A stretch of DNA of 64,000 nt from Clostridia bacterium (GTDB lineage: Bacteria > Bacillota > Clostridia > Oscillospirales > Acutalibacteraceae), in contig JAFRUA010000067.1 in the NCBI GenBank assembly GCA_017434855.1, forward strand, positions 1,618-65,617, given 5' to 3'. A model generated the notes under the pieces. The model ran no database searches. It was not told the origin of the DNA and was given only the letters and a program-made list of their open reading frames with translations. Positions 45,790 to 54,895 of the stretch are shown here, piece after piece (the stretch's first letter is position 1; each line of letters starts with the position of its first letter). The translations under genes were made by a program, and so were the position numbers.

Positions 45790-46471
45790 CGCGCGCCTCC
45801 CTGACCGTCCACGACGCCGCGACGTTGACAACGAACGCGACCAGAAGCAGTACGATGCCGAGCGCCAGCGCAAAATGAAACTTGCCTTTGTTCGTTTCAA
45901 GCATGATGGCCGTGGTCATGACGCGCGTTTTCCACTGGATGTTGCCGCCGACGATGCTGACCGCGCCGACCTCTGCAATGGAGCGGCCGAACGCGTTAAG
46001 GACCACCGACAGCAGCGACGCGCGGTTCTCTGACAAACAAAGGAACAGAACCCTCCCGCGGGAGAGCCCCATTCCTTTTGCGGTTTCAATGGTGTGTTTT
46101 GTCGCCGTCTCCATATAGGACGAAGAAAGCCCGATGACGACCGGCGTGATCAAAAGACACTGCGCAACCACCATCACATCCACGGTAAACAGCAGATTCA
46201 GCCGTCCGAACGGCCCGTAATGCGTAAAAAGCATATACACAATCAGCCCTGCCACCACCGGCGGCAAGCCCATGAGCGTGTGGATCAGTTTTTTAAGAAC
46301 GCCTTTTCCGGGAAACCGGTGCGTGCCGAGCAGCGTGCCCAGCGGCAGTCCGATCAGGCAGGAGATCGTTGTGCTGAAAAACGACATGCGCAGCGTGACG
46401 CCCAAAATCTGCAGCAGCTCCGGGTCGCGGGAAAGCAACAGTTCAAACGCCTTGCGAAAGCTTTCTTCCAT
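45782..46471 (-). CDS. tupB: ABC transporter permease (TupB-like)
   Basis: 229 aa, 5-6 TM, with a binding-protein-dependent transport-system inner-membrane signature region. Confidence 0.75.
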   Translation of the reverse strand: MEESFRKAFELLLSRDPELLQILGVTLRMSFFSTTISCLIGLPLGTLLGTHRFPGKGVLKKLIHTLMGLPPVVAGLIVYMLFTHYGPFGRLNLLFTVDVMVVAQCLLITPVVIGLSSSYMETATKHTIETAKGMGLSRGRVLFLCLSENRASLLSVVLNAFGRSIAEVGAVSIVGGNIQWKTRVMTTAIMLETNKGKFHFALALGIVLLLVAFVVNVAASWTVREARDD

Positions 46472-46476
46472 GCGGT

Positions 46477-47394
46477 TTATTCTTCAAGCAGATAAAACAG
46501 GGAAACGCCGTATTCATCCTGGCCGTACTTCGCGATCAGCTCGCTCGCTTCGTCCGACAGCATCCACTCGATCAGCGCGTTTGCGCCCTCGGTGTTGAGC
46601 CCGTCGATCTTTTCCGGGTTGACGGCGATCAGGGAATAGGTGTTCTTCATATCGTCGCCTTTTTCAAGCAGCAGGTCCAGGTTCAGGTCTTTCTGCATCG
46701 ACAGGAAGGTTGCCTTGTCCGTCATGCAGTAGGCCTGCATTTCGTTGGCCATGCTCAGGCAGGCGCCCATGCCCTGGCCGGCGCTGATGTACCAGGAATC
46801 CGCAGCGGCGTCGGGCGCGTTGTCGCCCCAGATCTTCAGCTCCGCCTTATGCGTGCCGCTGTCGTCGCCGCGCGAGATAAACTTGCTTTCGGATTCGCGG
46901 ATCTTTGCAAACGCTTCCGCAGCGTTTTCGCAGTCCTTGATGCCGGCCGGGTCATCCTTCGGGCCGACGATGACAAAGAAGTTATACATGAACGGCAGGC
47001 GCTCCACACCGTAGCCGTTCTCAATGAATTCCTCTTCCGACGCCTTTGCATGGACAAGAATCAGGTCGGCGTTGCCGTCCACAGCTTTTTGGATCGCGGC
47101 GCCGGTGCCGGCGGACTGCACTTCGACCTTGTAGCCGGTTTCCTTCTCAAACACGGGCAGCAGATACGGCAGCAGACCGGAGTCGTTGACGCTGGTGGTT
47201 GTGGACATGCGGATGGTGGTGTTGCTGACGGCGGGCTTTGACGCATCCTGTGCATCGTCAGACGGAACTTCGCTTGCGGGGTTGTCTTGTGATTGTGCCG
47301 TGTCGTTGGAAGCGGTGTCGTCTGTCTTTTTGCCGCAGGCCGCAAACGAGACGACCATCAGCAGCGCCATGAGGATTGCCAGAAGTTTTTTCAT
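46477..47394 (-). CDS. tupA: Tungstate-binding lipoprotein, TupA-like
   Basis: The lipobox is MKKLLAILMALLMVVSFAACG. STTTSVNDSGLL contains the TTTS motif characteristic of TupA-type tungstate binders. AAAGGAG lies 9 nt upstream of the ATG at 47394. Confidence 0.75.
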   Translation of the reverse strand: MKKLLAILMALLMVVSFAACGKKTDDTASNDTAQSQDNPASEVPSDDAQDASKPAVSNTTIRMSTTTSVNDSGLLPYLLPVFEKETGYKVEVQSAGTGAAIQKAVDGNADLILVHAKASEEEFIENGYGVERLPFMYNFFVIVGPKDDPAGIKDCENAAEAFAKIRESESKFISRGDDSGTHKAELKIWGDNAPDAAADSWYISAGQGMGACLSMANEMQAYCMTDKATFLSMQKDLNLDLLLEKGDDMKNTYSLIAVNPEKIDGLNTEGANALIEWMLSDEASELIAKYGQDEYGVSLFYLLEE

Positions 47395-47435
47395 GATCCA
47401 TATCTCCTTTTCAAACACGGAAGGCGGGTCCGTTT

Positions 47436-47552
47436 CCAAACGTCGCCCTATCGCCGGAGGATACATTGTGCATCCCGTGGATTTTCGGCGGTCGGCCCGG
47501 GAGGCATGCGCTGTGCGTTTAGCATCCGGGGCTCGGAAGGATCACGCTGAAT
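47436..47552 (-). promoter_or_regulatory. Candidate Moco/Tuco (molybdenum/tungsten cofactor) riboswitch in the tupA operon leader
   Basis: The minus-strand RNA reads UCCUUCCGAGCCCCGGAUGC...GCAUGCCUCCCGGGCCGACCGCCGAAAAUCCACGGGAUGCACAAUGUAUCCUCCGGCG. It contains the CCGAGCC, GCCUCCC and CCUCCGG blocks and nested stems that I recall from the Moco RNA motif. Position and gene context fit. Confidence 0.55.
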
Positions 47553-47676
47553 CATCAGCGATTTAAGTGTATCACACTTTTGACGAAATGAAAAGATGTT
47601 TTTGTCAATTTTTGGCTTTTTTTCTAAAAGCAATCGCTGACAGATGACAAATATTTCTAAATAATTGTATTTATAC

Positions 47677-47705
47677 TTGAAAAAGTTGTAAAGATTGTGT
47701 ATTAT
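47677..47705 (+). promoter_or_regulatory. Candidate sigma-A promoter of the mog-thiF-aor operon
   Basis: TTGAAA (47677-47682), a 17-nt spacer ending in TG, then TATTAT (47700-47705). Confidence 0.55.
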
Positions 47706-47719
47706 ATATATAAGAGGTG

Positions 47720-48220
47720 ATGCGTGTGAAATTCGGCGTTCTTTGTGTCAGTGACCGCTGCAGCGCGGGCATTTGCGAGGATCAGAGCGGCAAGGCCATT
47801 CTGGACCTGATCGCGCCGCTGGCGGATGCGTCGGTCTATCGTCTGGTTCCGGATGACCGGGCGGCGATCGAAACGGCGCTGTGCGATCTTGCGGACGTGG
47901 AACACGCCGACGTCATCCTGACCACGGGCGGCACCGGCTTTGCCCCGCGCGACGTGACGCCGGAGGCAACGCTGGCGGTGATCGACCGCGCAGCACCCGG
48001 GATCGCCGAGGCTGTTCGGCTCAAGAGCCTTGCCATCACGCCCAACGCCATGCTGTCGCGCGCAGTCAGCGGCATCCGCGGAAAGACGCTCATCATCAAC
48101 CTGCCCGGCAGCCCGAAGGCGGTCAGGGAATCGCTGGCCGTTGTGCTGCCCGTGCTGCCCCACGCGGTGGAAACGCTGGCCGGCAACACGCAGAACTGCG
48201 GAGGGAATTACGGCAAATGA
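47720..48220 (+). CDS. mog: MogA/MoaB-family molybdopterin adenylyltransferase
   Basis: FGVLCVSDR ... ILTTGGTGFAPRDVTPEA ... PGSPKAV. The start is ambiguous among GTG 47717, ATG 47720 and GTG 47726. Confidence 0.85.
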   Translation: MRVKFGVLCVSDRCSAGICEDQSGKAILDLIAPLADASVYRLVPDDRAAIETALCDLADVEHADVILTTGGTGFAPRDVTPEATLAVIDRAAPGIAEAVRLKSLAITPNAMLSRAVSGIRGKTLIINLPGSPKAVRESLAVVLPVLPHAVETLAGNTQNCGGNYGK

Positions 48221-48885
48221 ACGAAAAAGCGCAAGTGCAGGGCTATGATATTTCGGCCAACAGCGCGGCGGTCATCGGCTGCGGCGGACTCGGGACCAAC
48301 GTCGCGGTGCATCTGGCCGGGGCCGGGATCGGAAAGCTGTGGCTGTGTGATTTTGACACGGTGCAGACGCGCAACCTCAACCGGCAGTTCTTCTATACGC
48401 CGCAGGACGTCGGGAATGCGAAGTGTTTGCTGCTGGCAGAACGGCTGCGCGCCTTTTCACCCGAGACAGAGATCACGCCGGTGCAAAAGCGGATTTTGTC
48501 CCCGAAGGACCTGGACTTTGCAAGGGATGCCGAGCTGGTGATTCTGGCGGTGGACAACATTGACGCGCGCAAGGTGACTGCCGGCTGGTGTGAACAAACC
48601 GGCAAGCCCGCGGTCAACGGCGGGGTAGACGGCGCTTACGGCACGGCCTATCTTTTCGTACCGGGCAAAACCGCGTCGCTGGAAAGCGCCGGCGCGCTGG
48701 CAGTGCCGAAAACCAAACCGCAGTCGCAAAGCCCGGTCGTCGGAATCATCGGCGCATTGGAAGCAAAGCTTGCCGTGGATTACTTTTTGAACAACACCGC
48801 GTCGCAGGGCGTGCTGCTCTGCTTCGACGGGTTGGAAATACAGAAACTACCCTTGAAATACGGAAAAGGAGCTGATGCAACTTGA
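48217..48885 (+). CDS. ThiF/MoeB/HesA-family E1-like adenylyltransferase
   Basis: AAVIGCGGLGTNVAVHLAGAGIGKLWLCDFDTVQTRNLNRQFFY. There is an ATGA start/stop overlap with mog. The listed ORF start at 47881 is an out-of-gene extension. Confidence 0.8.
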   Translation: MNEKAQVQGYDISANSAAVIGCGGLGTNVAVHLAGAGIGKLWLCDFDTVQTRNLNRQFFYTPQDVGNAKCLLLAERLRAFSPETEITPVQKRILSPKDLDFARDAELVILAVDNIDARKVTAGWCEQTGKPAVNGGVDGAYGTAYLFVPGKTASLESAGALAVPKTKPQSQSPVVGIIGALEAKLAVDYFLNNTASQGVLLCFDGLEIQKLPLKYGKGADAT

Positions 48886-50822
48886 CCCAGTTAAAAGGCT
48901 ATATGGGGCGGGTGCTGTTCATTGACCTGAGCACGCGCACCTTCCGCGATTTCCCGTGGACGGACGCCGACCGCAAGCGCACGCTCGGCGGCAAGATCAT
49001 GGCGGCAGACATCCTGCTCAAGCACATCACGCCGCACATGAAGGCGTTTGATGAGGACAACTGGCTGGTGATCACCACCGGCCCGCTGACCGGTACCGGC
49101 TGCCCGAACACCTCGCGCTTCAACATTTCCACGATCTCTCCGCTGACGGGCATCCTCACGTCGTCCAACTGCGGCGGCGACTTTGGCCTGACGCTCAAGC
49201 GTGCGGGCTTTGACGCGGCGATCATCAGCGGAAAATCCGAAACCCCGGTGCAAGTCCACATCACGCAGGACAACGTGGAATTCCTGGACGCATCCGCGCT
49301 TTGGGGCACCATGACCGGCGAAGCGCAGGAAAAGCTCAAGCAGTACCCCGGACGGCTTGTGATCGGCCCGGCAGGGGAGCACAAGGTGCTGTATGCCTGC
49401 GTGTTTTCCAACGACCGCACGGCGGGGCGCGGCGGCGTGGGCGCCGTCTTCGGCTCCAAAAACCTGAAAGCCGTCACCGCGTTCGGTACCAAACTGCCGC
49501 AGGTCTATGACAAGGAAGCGCTGCAAAAGCTGAACGTCAAATGGATTCACACCTTGCAGAACCATCCGCTGACCGGTCGTCAGCTCCCGAAGCTCGGAAC
49601 GGCGGGGCTGGTCGCGCCGATGCAGGCGCACTCCATCCTGGCGACAAAGAATTTTTCCGCCGGGCGGTTCGACAATTTTGAAATGGTCTCCGGCGAAGAG
49701 CTGGCAGAGCACCATCTGGTCTCCAACGCCGCGTGCACGACCTGCGTCATTCGCTGCGCCCGCATGTGCAAGGTGGACGACAAGATCGTCAAGGGGCCGG
49801 AGCTGGAAACGCTCGGTCTGCTCGGCCCGAACATTCTGAACGACGACATTGAAAAGATCCTCAAATGGAACTATGAGCTTGACGAGCTCGGTATGGATGC
49901 GATCTCCTGCGCCGGGTCGGTGGCGTTCGCAATGGAGCTGGCCGAAAAGGGCGTGCACGACTTCGGCATCCACTTCGGCGAGACGGACAATCTGTCGCAA
50001 ATGTTCCACGACATTGCGTACCGCGAAGGGGAGGGGAACTACATCGCCGACGGCAGCAAGCGCATGAGCGACATCTTCGGCGGCAAGGAATATGCCATCC
50101 ACGCCAAGGGCATGGAGCTCGCGGCCTATGAACCGCGCCACGCGGTCGGCCACGGGCTGGGCTACGCCACGGCGAACCGCGGCGGCTGCCACCTGAACGC
50201 GGGCTACATGGTCGTGCTGGAGGGCCTGGGTCTGGACGTCGATTCCCTGACCCACCACGGCAAGGCCGCCATCGCCATCATGCTGCAAAATCTGATGGAG
50301 GCGGTCTCCGGCTGCGGAAGCTGCCTGTTCACCAGCTACGCGGTCTTTCCGGGCTTTCTGGTCGACAAGCCGAACTGGCTCGTGACCAGAATCATCCTTG
50401 CGGTGTTCCCGTACGTCGGCCCGGTGGTCAACCTGCTGTCGCACTTCACCAAGGTTGCCAAGATCCCGCTGCCGCTGCTGCCGCACATCAAGGCGGTGCA
50501 CTATGCCACCGGGATGCACACAAGCGTGGCCTCCATGCTGACCTGGGGCGCCTACGGCTACAACGCCGAGCGCATTTCCAACGTTATTCTTGGCCAGAAG
50601 GCAGACGCCGACAGGCTGCCGAAGCGCCTGACCGACGTGCCGCAGGACCCGAACAACCCGCGCACCAAGGTGCCGCTGGACAAGATGCGCAAGGTCTATT
50701 ACCGCGGGCGCGGCTGGAAGCACGGCATCCCGACCTATCACCGGCTCAAGACGCTGGGGATCGTACTGGACAAAAAGTATTATGACGACGCCGTGGCACG
50801 CGCCATGCGCAAAGACGATTGA
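48882..50822 (+). CDS. aor: Tungsten-dependent aldehyde:ferredoxin oxidoreductase (AOR family)
   Basis: GYMGRVLFIDLS, GGKIMAADIL, RTAGRGGVGAVFGSKNLKA and CxxCxxxC (CTTCVIRCARMC). The TTG start lies 9 nt after AAAAGGAG and overlaps the thiF-like stop. Confidence 0.9.
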   Translation: MTQLKGYMGRVLFIDLSTRTFRDFPWTDADRKRTLGGKIMAADILLKHITPHMKAFDEDNWLVITTGPLTGTGCPNTSRFNISTISPLTGILTSSNCGGDFGLTLKRAGFDAAIISGKSETPVQVHITQDNVEFLDASALWGTMTGEAQEKLKQYPGRLVIGPAGEHKVLYACVFSNDRTAGRGGVGAVFGSKNLKAVTAFGTKLPQVYDKEALQKLNVKWIHTLQNHPLTGRQLPKLGTAGLVAPMQAHSILATKNFSAGRFDNFEMVSGEELAEHHLVSNAACTTCVIRCARMCKVDDKIVKGPELETLGLLGPNILNDDIEKILKWNYELDELGMDAISCAGSVAFAMELAEKGVHDFGIHFGETDNLSQMFHDIAYREGEGNYIADGSKRMSDIFGGKEYAIHAKGMELAAYEPRHAVGHGLGYATANRGGCHLNAGYMVVLEGLGLDVDSLTHHGKAAIAIMLQNLMEAVSGCGSCLFTSYAVFPGFLVDKPNWLVTRIILAVFPYVGPVVNLLSHFTKVAKIPLPLLPHIKAVHYATGMHTSVASMLTWGAYGYNAERISNVILGQKADADRLPKRLTDVPQDPNNPRTKVPLDKMRKVYYRGRGWKHGIPTYHRLKTLGIVLDKKYYDDAVARAMRKDD

Positions 50823-50834
50823 GGAGGGGCGGAT

Positions 50835-51122
50835 ATGGCAAAGGTCACAGTCAAACTGTTTGGCGTGCTGCGGATGGACACCCATCTTGCAAAAGAGGCG
50901 CTGGACATTGAAAAGGTCGATGATCTGTTCGTTTCACTCAATGAACGGGTCGATGCAGTTTATGCCGAAAACAAAAAGAGCAATCCGAATCTGCAGCACC
51001 CGGAGCCGCTGGCGTTCAAGCACACGGTGATGTTCGTCAACGGGGAGCCCTGCAAAAATAAAAATCATGCGCTTGCCGACGGCGACGAGATCTGGCTGCT
51101 GTCGCCCGCATCCGGCGGTTAA
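50835..51122 (+). CDS. MoaD/ThiS-family sulfur-carrier protein
   Basis: 95 aa with a beta-grasp-like profile and a C-terminal ...GDEIWLLSPASGG (di-glycine end). Confidence 0.75.
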   Translation: MAKVTVKLFGVLRMDTHLAKEALDIEKVDDLFVSLNERVDAVYAENKKSNPNLQHPEPLAFKHTVMFVNGEPCKNKNHALADGDEIWLLSPASGG

Positions 51123-51133
51123 GGAGGGGTATC

Positions 51134-51514
51134 ATGGCATTTCAACTGAACAAAGAGCAGTGTGTCGGCTGCGGCGCGTGCGCCTATATTTGCCTGTATC
51201 ATGCGATCTCGCCGGTGGATGATATCCGCACCTGCTACGCGATCGACGACAAGGTCTGCGTGGAATGCGGCCAGTGCAGCCTCATCTGCCCCAACAGCGC
51301 CATCAGCGCACCCGAGGGCTGGAAAAAGATCAGGCGGGTGACGATCGACGCCGAAAAGTGTAAGGGGTGCTCGCTGTGCCGCCGGGTCTGCGCGGCGGAC
51401 GCGCCGTTCGGCGTGATGAAGCAGCCGTTTGAGATCGACCAGAGCAAGTGCTTCCAATGCGGCGCCTGCGCCCAAAAGTGCCGCTTTGACGCGATCAACG
51501 TGGAATACGAATAA
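51134..51514 (+). CDS. 4Fe-4S dicluster-domain ferredoxin (four CxxCxxCxxxC(P) motifs)
   Basis: CVGCGACAYIC, CVECGQCSLICP, CKGCSLCRRVC and CFQCGACAQKC. Confidence 0.9.
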   Translation: MAFQLNKEQCVGCGACAYICLYHAISPVDDIRTCYAIDDKVCVECGQCSLICPNSAISAPEGWKKIRRVTIDAEKCKGCSLCRRVCAADAPFGVMKQPFEIDQSKCFQCGACAQKCRFDAINVEYE

Positions 51515-51536
51515 ACAAAACAGAACCGAAAAAGGA

Positions 51537-51567
51537 AGAGTGCAGTTTTGACGCTGCACTCTTTTTG
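51537..51567. terminator. Terminator between convergent operons
   Basis: AGAGTGCAG-ttttgacg-CTGCACTCT followed by TTTTG. Confidence 0.7.
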
Positions 51568-51576
51568 ATGTGCGGC

Positions 51577-53319
51577 TCAGTCTTCGATCGCCGCTTTCAT
51601 GGTGTTGCTTTGTTTGATCCTTTGATAGATATCGTCAGAGAATTTCTTTTCCCGGTCATAGGTATACAGGCCGTTCTGCTCCTGCTCGATGTCATAAAGC
51701 TGCGTATAGCAGAAGCCGAGCATCCGGTCGTTGCCAAGCAGCGCCTCGGTCAGCGCGCAGTACCGGTCGGCAAATTCCTGCGGTGTTTTGACGTCGACGC
51801 CGTAGCCCCAGGATTTGATACTGTCGTCGCCGGCCCATTTGATGCCGCCGTATTCGCTCATAAAGACCGGCTCGCCGCCATAATGCTGGCGGCCCTGATT
51901 GATCTCTATGTGGTCATGCAGCACGCCTTCGGTCATCAGGCGGTCATAGTTTTGTTTGAACCGCGCGGGGTCGCAGTCATAGTCGTGGACATCGTAAATG
52001 TCGGTCTTGACATGATAATTGCCGCTGGTGTCGATGCACGGGCGCGTGGGGTCAAAGTCCCTGGTGAAGTCAAACACCGTGGACAGCAGCGGGTCATACT
52101 GCCTGCGGCGGTGATAGTCCCACGTTTCGTTGAACGGACACCAGCCGATGATGGCCGGGTGGTTGCAGTCACGCCGCAGTGCTTCGCGCCATTCGCCGAG
52201 GAAAATCGGCACGCTTTCCGGGCTGGAAATGTCCAGACCCCAGTTGGGCGCTTCGCCCCAGACCAGATAGCCCAGCCGGTCGCAGTGATACAAAAACCGC
52301 GGCTCAAACACCTTTTGGTGCAGCCGTGCGCCGTTGAAGCCCAGCGCCATGCAGTCGATGACGTCTTGCGCAAGACGCCCGTCGGTCGGCGCGGTATAGA
52401 TGCCGTCGCGATAAAAGCCCTGATCCAGGACCAGCCGCTGAAACACGCTTTTGCCGTTCAAAAGGAAGCGGTACCCGTCCAGCCGCACGTCGCGCAGGCC
52501 GAAATAGCTGTTCACCACGTCGTCGCCGAAGCGCAGCGTCAGGTCATACAGCCGGCCGCGGCCGACCTCCCAAAGGTGCGTTTCAGACAGTTTGATCTCA
52601 TAGTGCCGGCAGCCGGCCGCGTTCGTCTGTGATGCGCAGCCCATCGCCTTGCCCGCATAAAACGCTTCGCAGCTGAAATTGCCGCTGCCGCAAAAATCCG
52701 CCATCACGGTGACCCTGCCGTTTGCCGCGTCAGGGAAAATGCGAATGTGTTTGATGTAAGCCTGCGGGGTATATTCCAGCCACACGCTTTGCCAGATGCC
52801 GGTGGTACGCGTATAATCGCAGCCATGGCTTTGCTTTTTTTCGCTCTGCTTGCCGCGCATGACCATCGGGGCGCGGTTGTTGTCTTCACACAGAATGAAC
52901 ACCTCGTTGTCGCCGTCGGCAACCAGGTCGGTGATCTCAAACGCAAAGGACGTATAGCCGCCCCTGTGGCGCCCGGCAAGCCTTCCGTTGACCAGAACGG
53001 TGGTCAGGTGGTCTGCCGCGCCGACGTGCAAAAACACCCGGCGGCCCCGCGCGCGGACATGCACGGTCCTGCGGTACCACACGCGCTGCACAAAGCCGGT
53101 GTCGCCGATGCCGGACAGGCGGCTTTCCACACAGAAGGGGACGTTGATTTGATACGGATAACGGGCTGCCTTGCGCAGTGAAACGGCTGTGCTTTCATCT
53201 CTGGAAAAGCGAAAGCCGGGCGCGGTCGGTTCATAGCCGCAGTTCCACGGTCCGTTGAGACATTCCCAGTCGGTGCGTTCAAACTGCGGGTTCGGGTATT
53301 CTGCTCTGGGTCGGTCCAT
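51577..53319 (-). CDS. Glycoside hydrolase family 2 (beta-galactosidase/glucuronidase-like)
   Basis: The sugar-binding domain shows VLVNGRLAGRHRGGYTSFAFEITDLV, with GIWQSVWLE also present. The TIM barrel shows NGARLHQKVFEPRFLYHCDRLGYLVWGE, and the acid/base region is NHPAIIGWCPFNE. The start is at MDRPRAEYP, 7 nt after AAGGAGGG. Confidence 0.85.
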   Translation of the reverse strand: MDRPRAEYPNPQFERTDWECLNGPWNCGYEPTAPGFRFSRDESTAVSLRKAARYPYQINVPFCVESRLSGIGDTGFVQRVWYRRTVHVRARGRRVFLHVGAADHLTTVLVNGRLAGRHRGGYTSFAFEITDLVADGDNEVFILCEDNNRAPMVMRGKQSEKKQSHGCDYTRTTGIWQSVWLEYTPQAYIKHIRIFPDAANGRVTVMADFCGSGNFSCEAFYAGKAMGCASQTNAAGCRHYEIKLSETHLWEVGRGRLYDLTLRFGDDVVNSYFGLRDVRLDGYRFLLNGKSVFQRLVLDQGFYRDGIYTAPTDGRLAQDVIDCMALGFNGARLHQKVFEPRFLYHCDRLGYLVWGEAPNWGLDISSPESVPIFLGEWREALRRDCNHPAIIGWCPFNETWDYHRRRQYDPLLSTVFDFTRDFDPTRPCIDTSGNYHVKTDIYDVHDYDCDPARFKQNYDRLMTEGVLHDHIEINQGRQHYGGEPVFMSEYGGIKWAGDDSIKSWGYGVDVKTPQEFADRYCALTEALLGNDRMLGFCYTQLYDIEQEQNGLYTYDREKKFSDDIYQRIKQSNTMKAAIED

Positions 53320-53477
53320 AACAAAGCCCTCCTTGTGTTTTGGCGGCACTTGGCCGTAATTTTTATTATTATATCACATTTTTTTAAAAAATTTTTTGAA
53401 TAATTGTTAAAAAAGGCTTTTCTTTTTTTGCATTTTATACTATCATAGGATCATCATATCTTAGGAGACAATTCATT

Positions 53478-54833
53478 ATGGAAAAAAGAAGTACGTTTCA
53501 AGGAAAACTCGGATTTGTTCTGGCGGCGGCCGGCTCTGCGGTCGGACTGGGAAACCTGTGGCGGTTCCCGTATCTTGCGGCGCAATACGGCGGCGGCATG
53601 TTCCTGCTGGTCTATATCATTCTGGCCATCACTTTTGGCTTTGTTCTGATGGTGACCGAGATCGCCATCGGCCGCAAAACGCAGCTCAGCCCGATGAAAG
53701 CCTTTGGCGCTTTGAACAAAAAGTGGGGCTGGCTGGGCAAACTTGCAACGGTCGTGCCGGTCCTGATCTTTCCGTACTATTGCCTGATCGGCGGCTGGGT
53801 GACCAAGTATGCGTTTGTCATGGTGACCGGCAAGGCGGCCGAAGCAGCCGAAGACACCTTCTTCGGCAACTATGTGTCCGCCACGTTTGACCCGATCATT
53901 TGGTTTTTGATCTTTATCGTTGCAACCACGCTGGTCATTATTTTCGGCGTCAACCGCGGCATCGAAAAGCTGTCCCGCATTCTGATGCCGGCGCTGCTGT
54001 TGATCACGGTCGGGCTTTCGATCTTTGTTGTGACGCGCCCGGGCTCGCTGGAAGGCGTCAAATACTATCTGCTGCCGAACATCGAAAACCTGAGCGTCAA
54101 AACCTTTTTGGCGGCGCTGAGCCAGTTGTTTTATTCCATGTCGCTGGCCATGGGCATCATGATCACCTACGGGTCCTATTTTTCAAAAGAAGAGCACATT
54201 GAAAAGGCCACGCGCCAGATCGAAACCTTTGACACGGCGATCGCGCTGCTGGCCGGCCTGATGATCATTCCGGCGGTGTTTGTCTTTTCCGGCGGAGACA
54301 AGGCGGCGCTCAGTACCGGCCCGTCGCTGATGTTTGTCACGCTGCCAAAGGTGTTCAACAGCATGCCCGCGGGCAACTTCATCGGTGCGCTGTTCTTTTT
54401 CCTGGTACTGTTTGCCGCAATCACCAGCTCGGTGTCGATCATGGAAGCCATTGTTTCCGGTCTGCTTGATACCTTCAAGATCAGCCGGCTGAAGGCAACG
54501 GTCATCGTGATGGCCTACGGCATTGCGCTCGGCGTTGTCTGTTCGCTCGGTTTCGGCCTCTGGAGCGGCGTTGAATTCCCTGGCATCGGCGGCATCCTCG
54601 ATTTCCTGGACTTTGTTTCCAACAGCATTCTGCTGCCGCTGGTGGGCATGCTGACCTGCCTGATGATCGGCTTCTTTGTCAAGCCCGACCTCATCGTCAG
54701 CGAAGTGGAACTCAACGGCCCCTTCACAATGAAAAAGTTTTACAAGGTCATGGTGAAGTGGATCGCGCCGATCTTTATCCTCGCCATTCTTGTGACAAAC
54801 ATTCTGGGCGCGTTCGGCTTGATAAAGATTTGA
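53478..54833 (+). CDS. Sodium-dependent transporter, SNF (neurotransmitter:sodium symporter) family
   Basis: GFVLAAAGSAVGLGNLWRFPY and a 12-TM profile. Confidence 0.9.
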   Translation: MEKRSTFQGKLGFVLAAAGSAVGLGNLWRFPYLAAQYGGGMFLLVYIILAITFGFVLMVTEIAIGRKTQLSPMKAFGALNKKWGWLGKLATVVPVLIFPYYCLIGGWVTKYAFVMVTGKAAEAAEDTFFGNYVSATFDPIIWFLIFIVATTLVIIFGVNRGIEKLSRILMPALLLITVGLSIFVVTRPGSLEGVKYYLLPNIENLSVKTFLAALSQLFYSMSLAMGIMITYGSYFSKEEHIEKATRQIETFDTAIALLAGLMIIPAVFVFSGGDKAALSTGPSLMFVTLPKVFNSMPAGNFIGALFFFLVLFAAITSSVSIMEAIVSGLLDTFKISRLKATVIVMAYGIALGVVCSLGFGLWSGVEFPGIGGILDFLDFVSNSILLPLVGMLTCLMIGFFVKPDLIVSEVELNGPFTMKKFYKVMVKWIAPIFILAILVTNILGAFGLIKI

Positions 54834-54846
54834 CAGACAAAAAATT

Positions 54847-54878
54847 AAGCGTACCGGCCGGGTGTCGGTACGCTTTTT
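54847..54878. terminator. Intrinsic terminator
   Basis: AAGCGTACCG-gccgggtgt-CGGTACGCTT followed by TTTGC. Confidence 0.75.
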
Positions 54879-54895
54879 GCTTGGTCGTGTTTTGA

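Noticed and set aside
48891-50885. 664-aa minus-strand ORF opposite the AOR gene
   Set aside because: Same antisense-shadow pattern. The plus strand encodes an unmistakable AOR-family protein in operon context.
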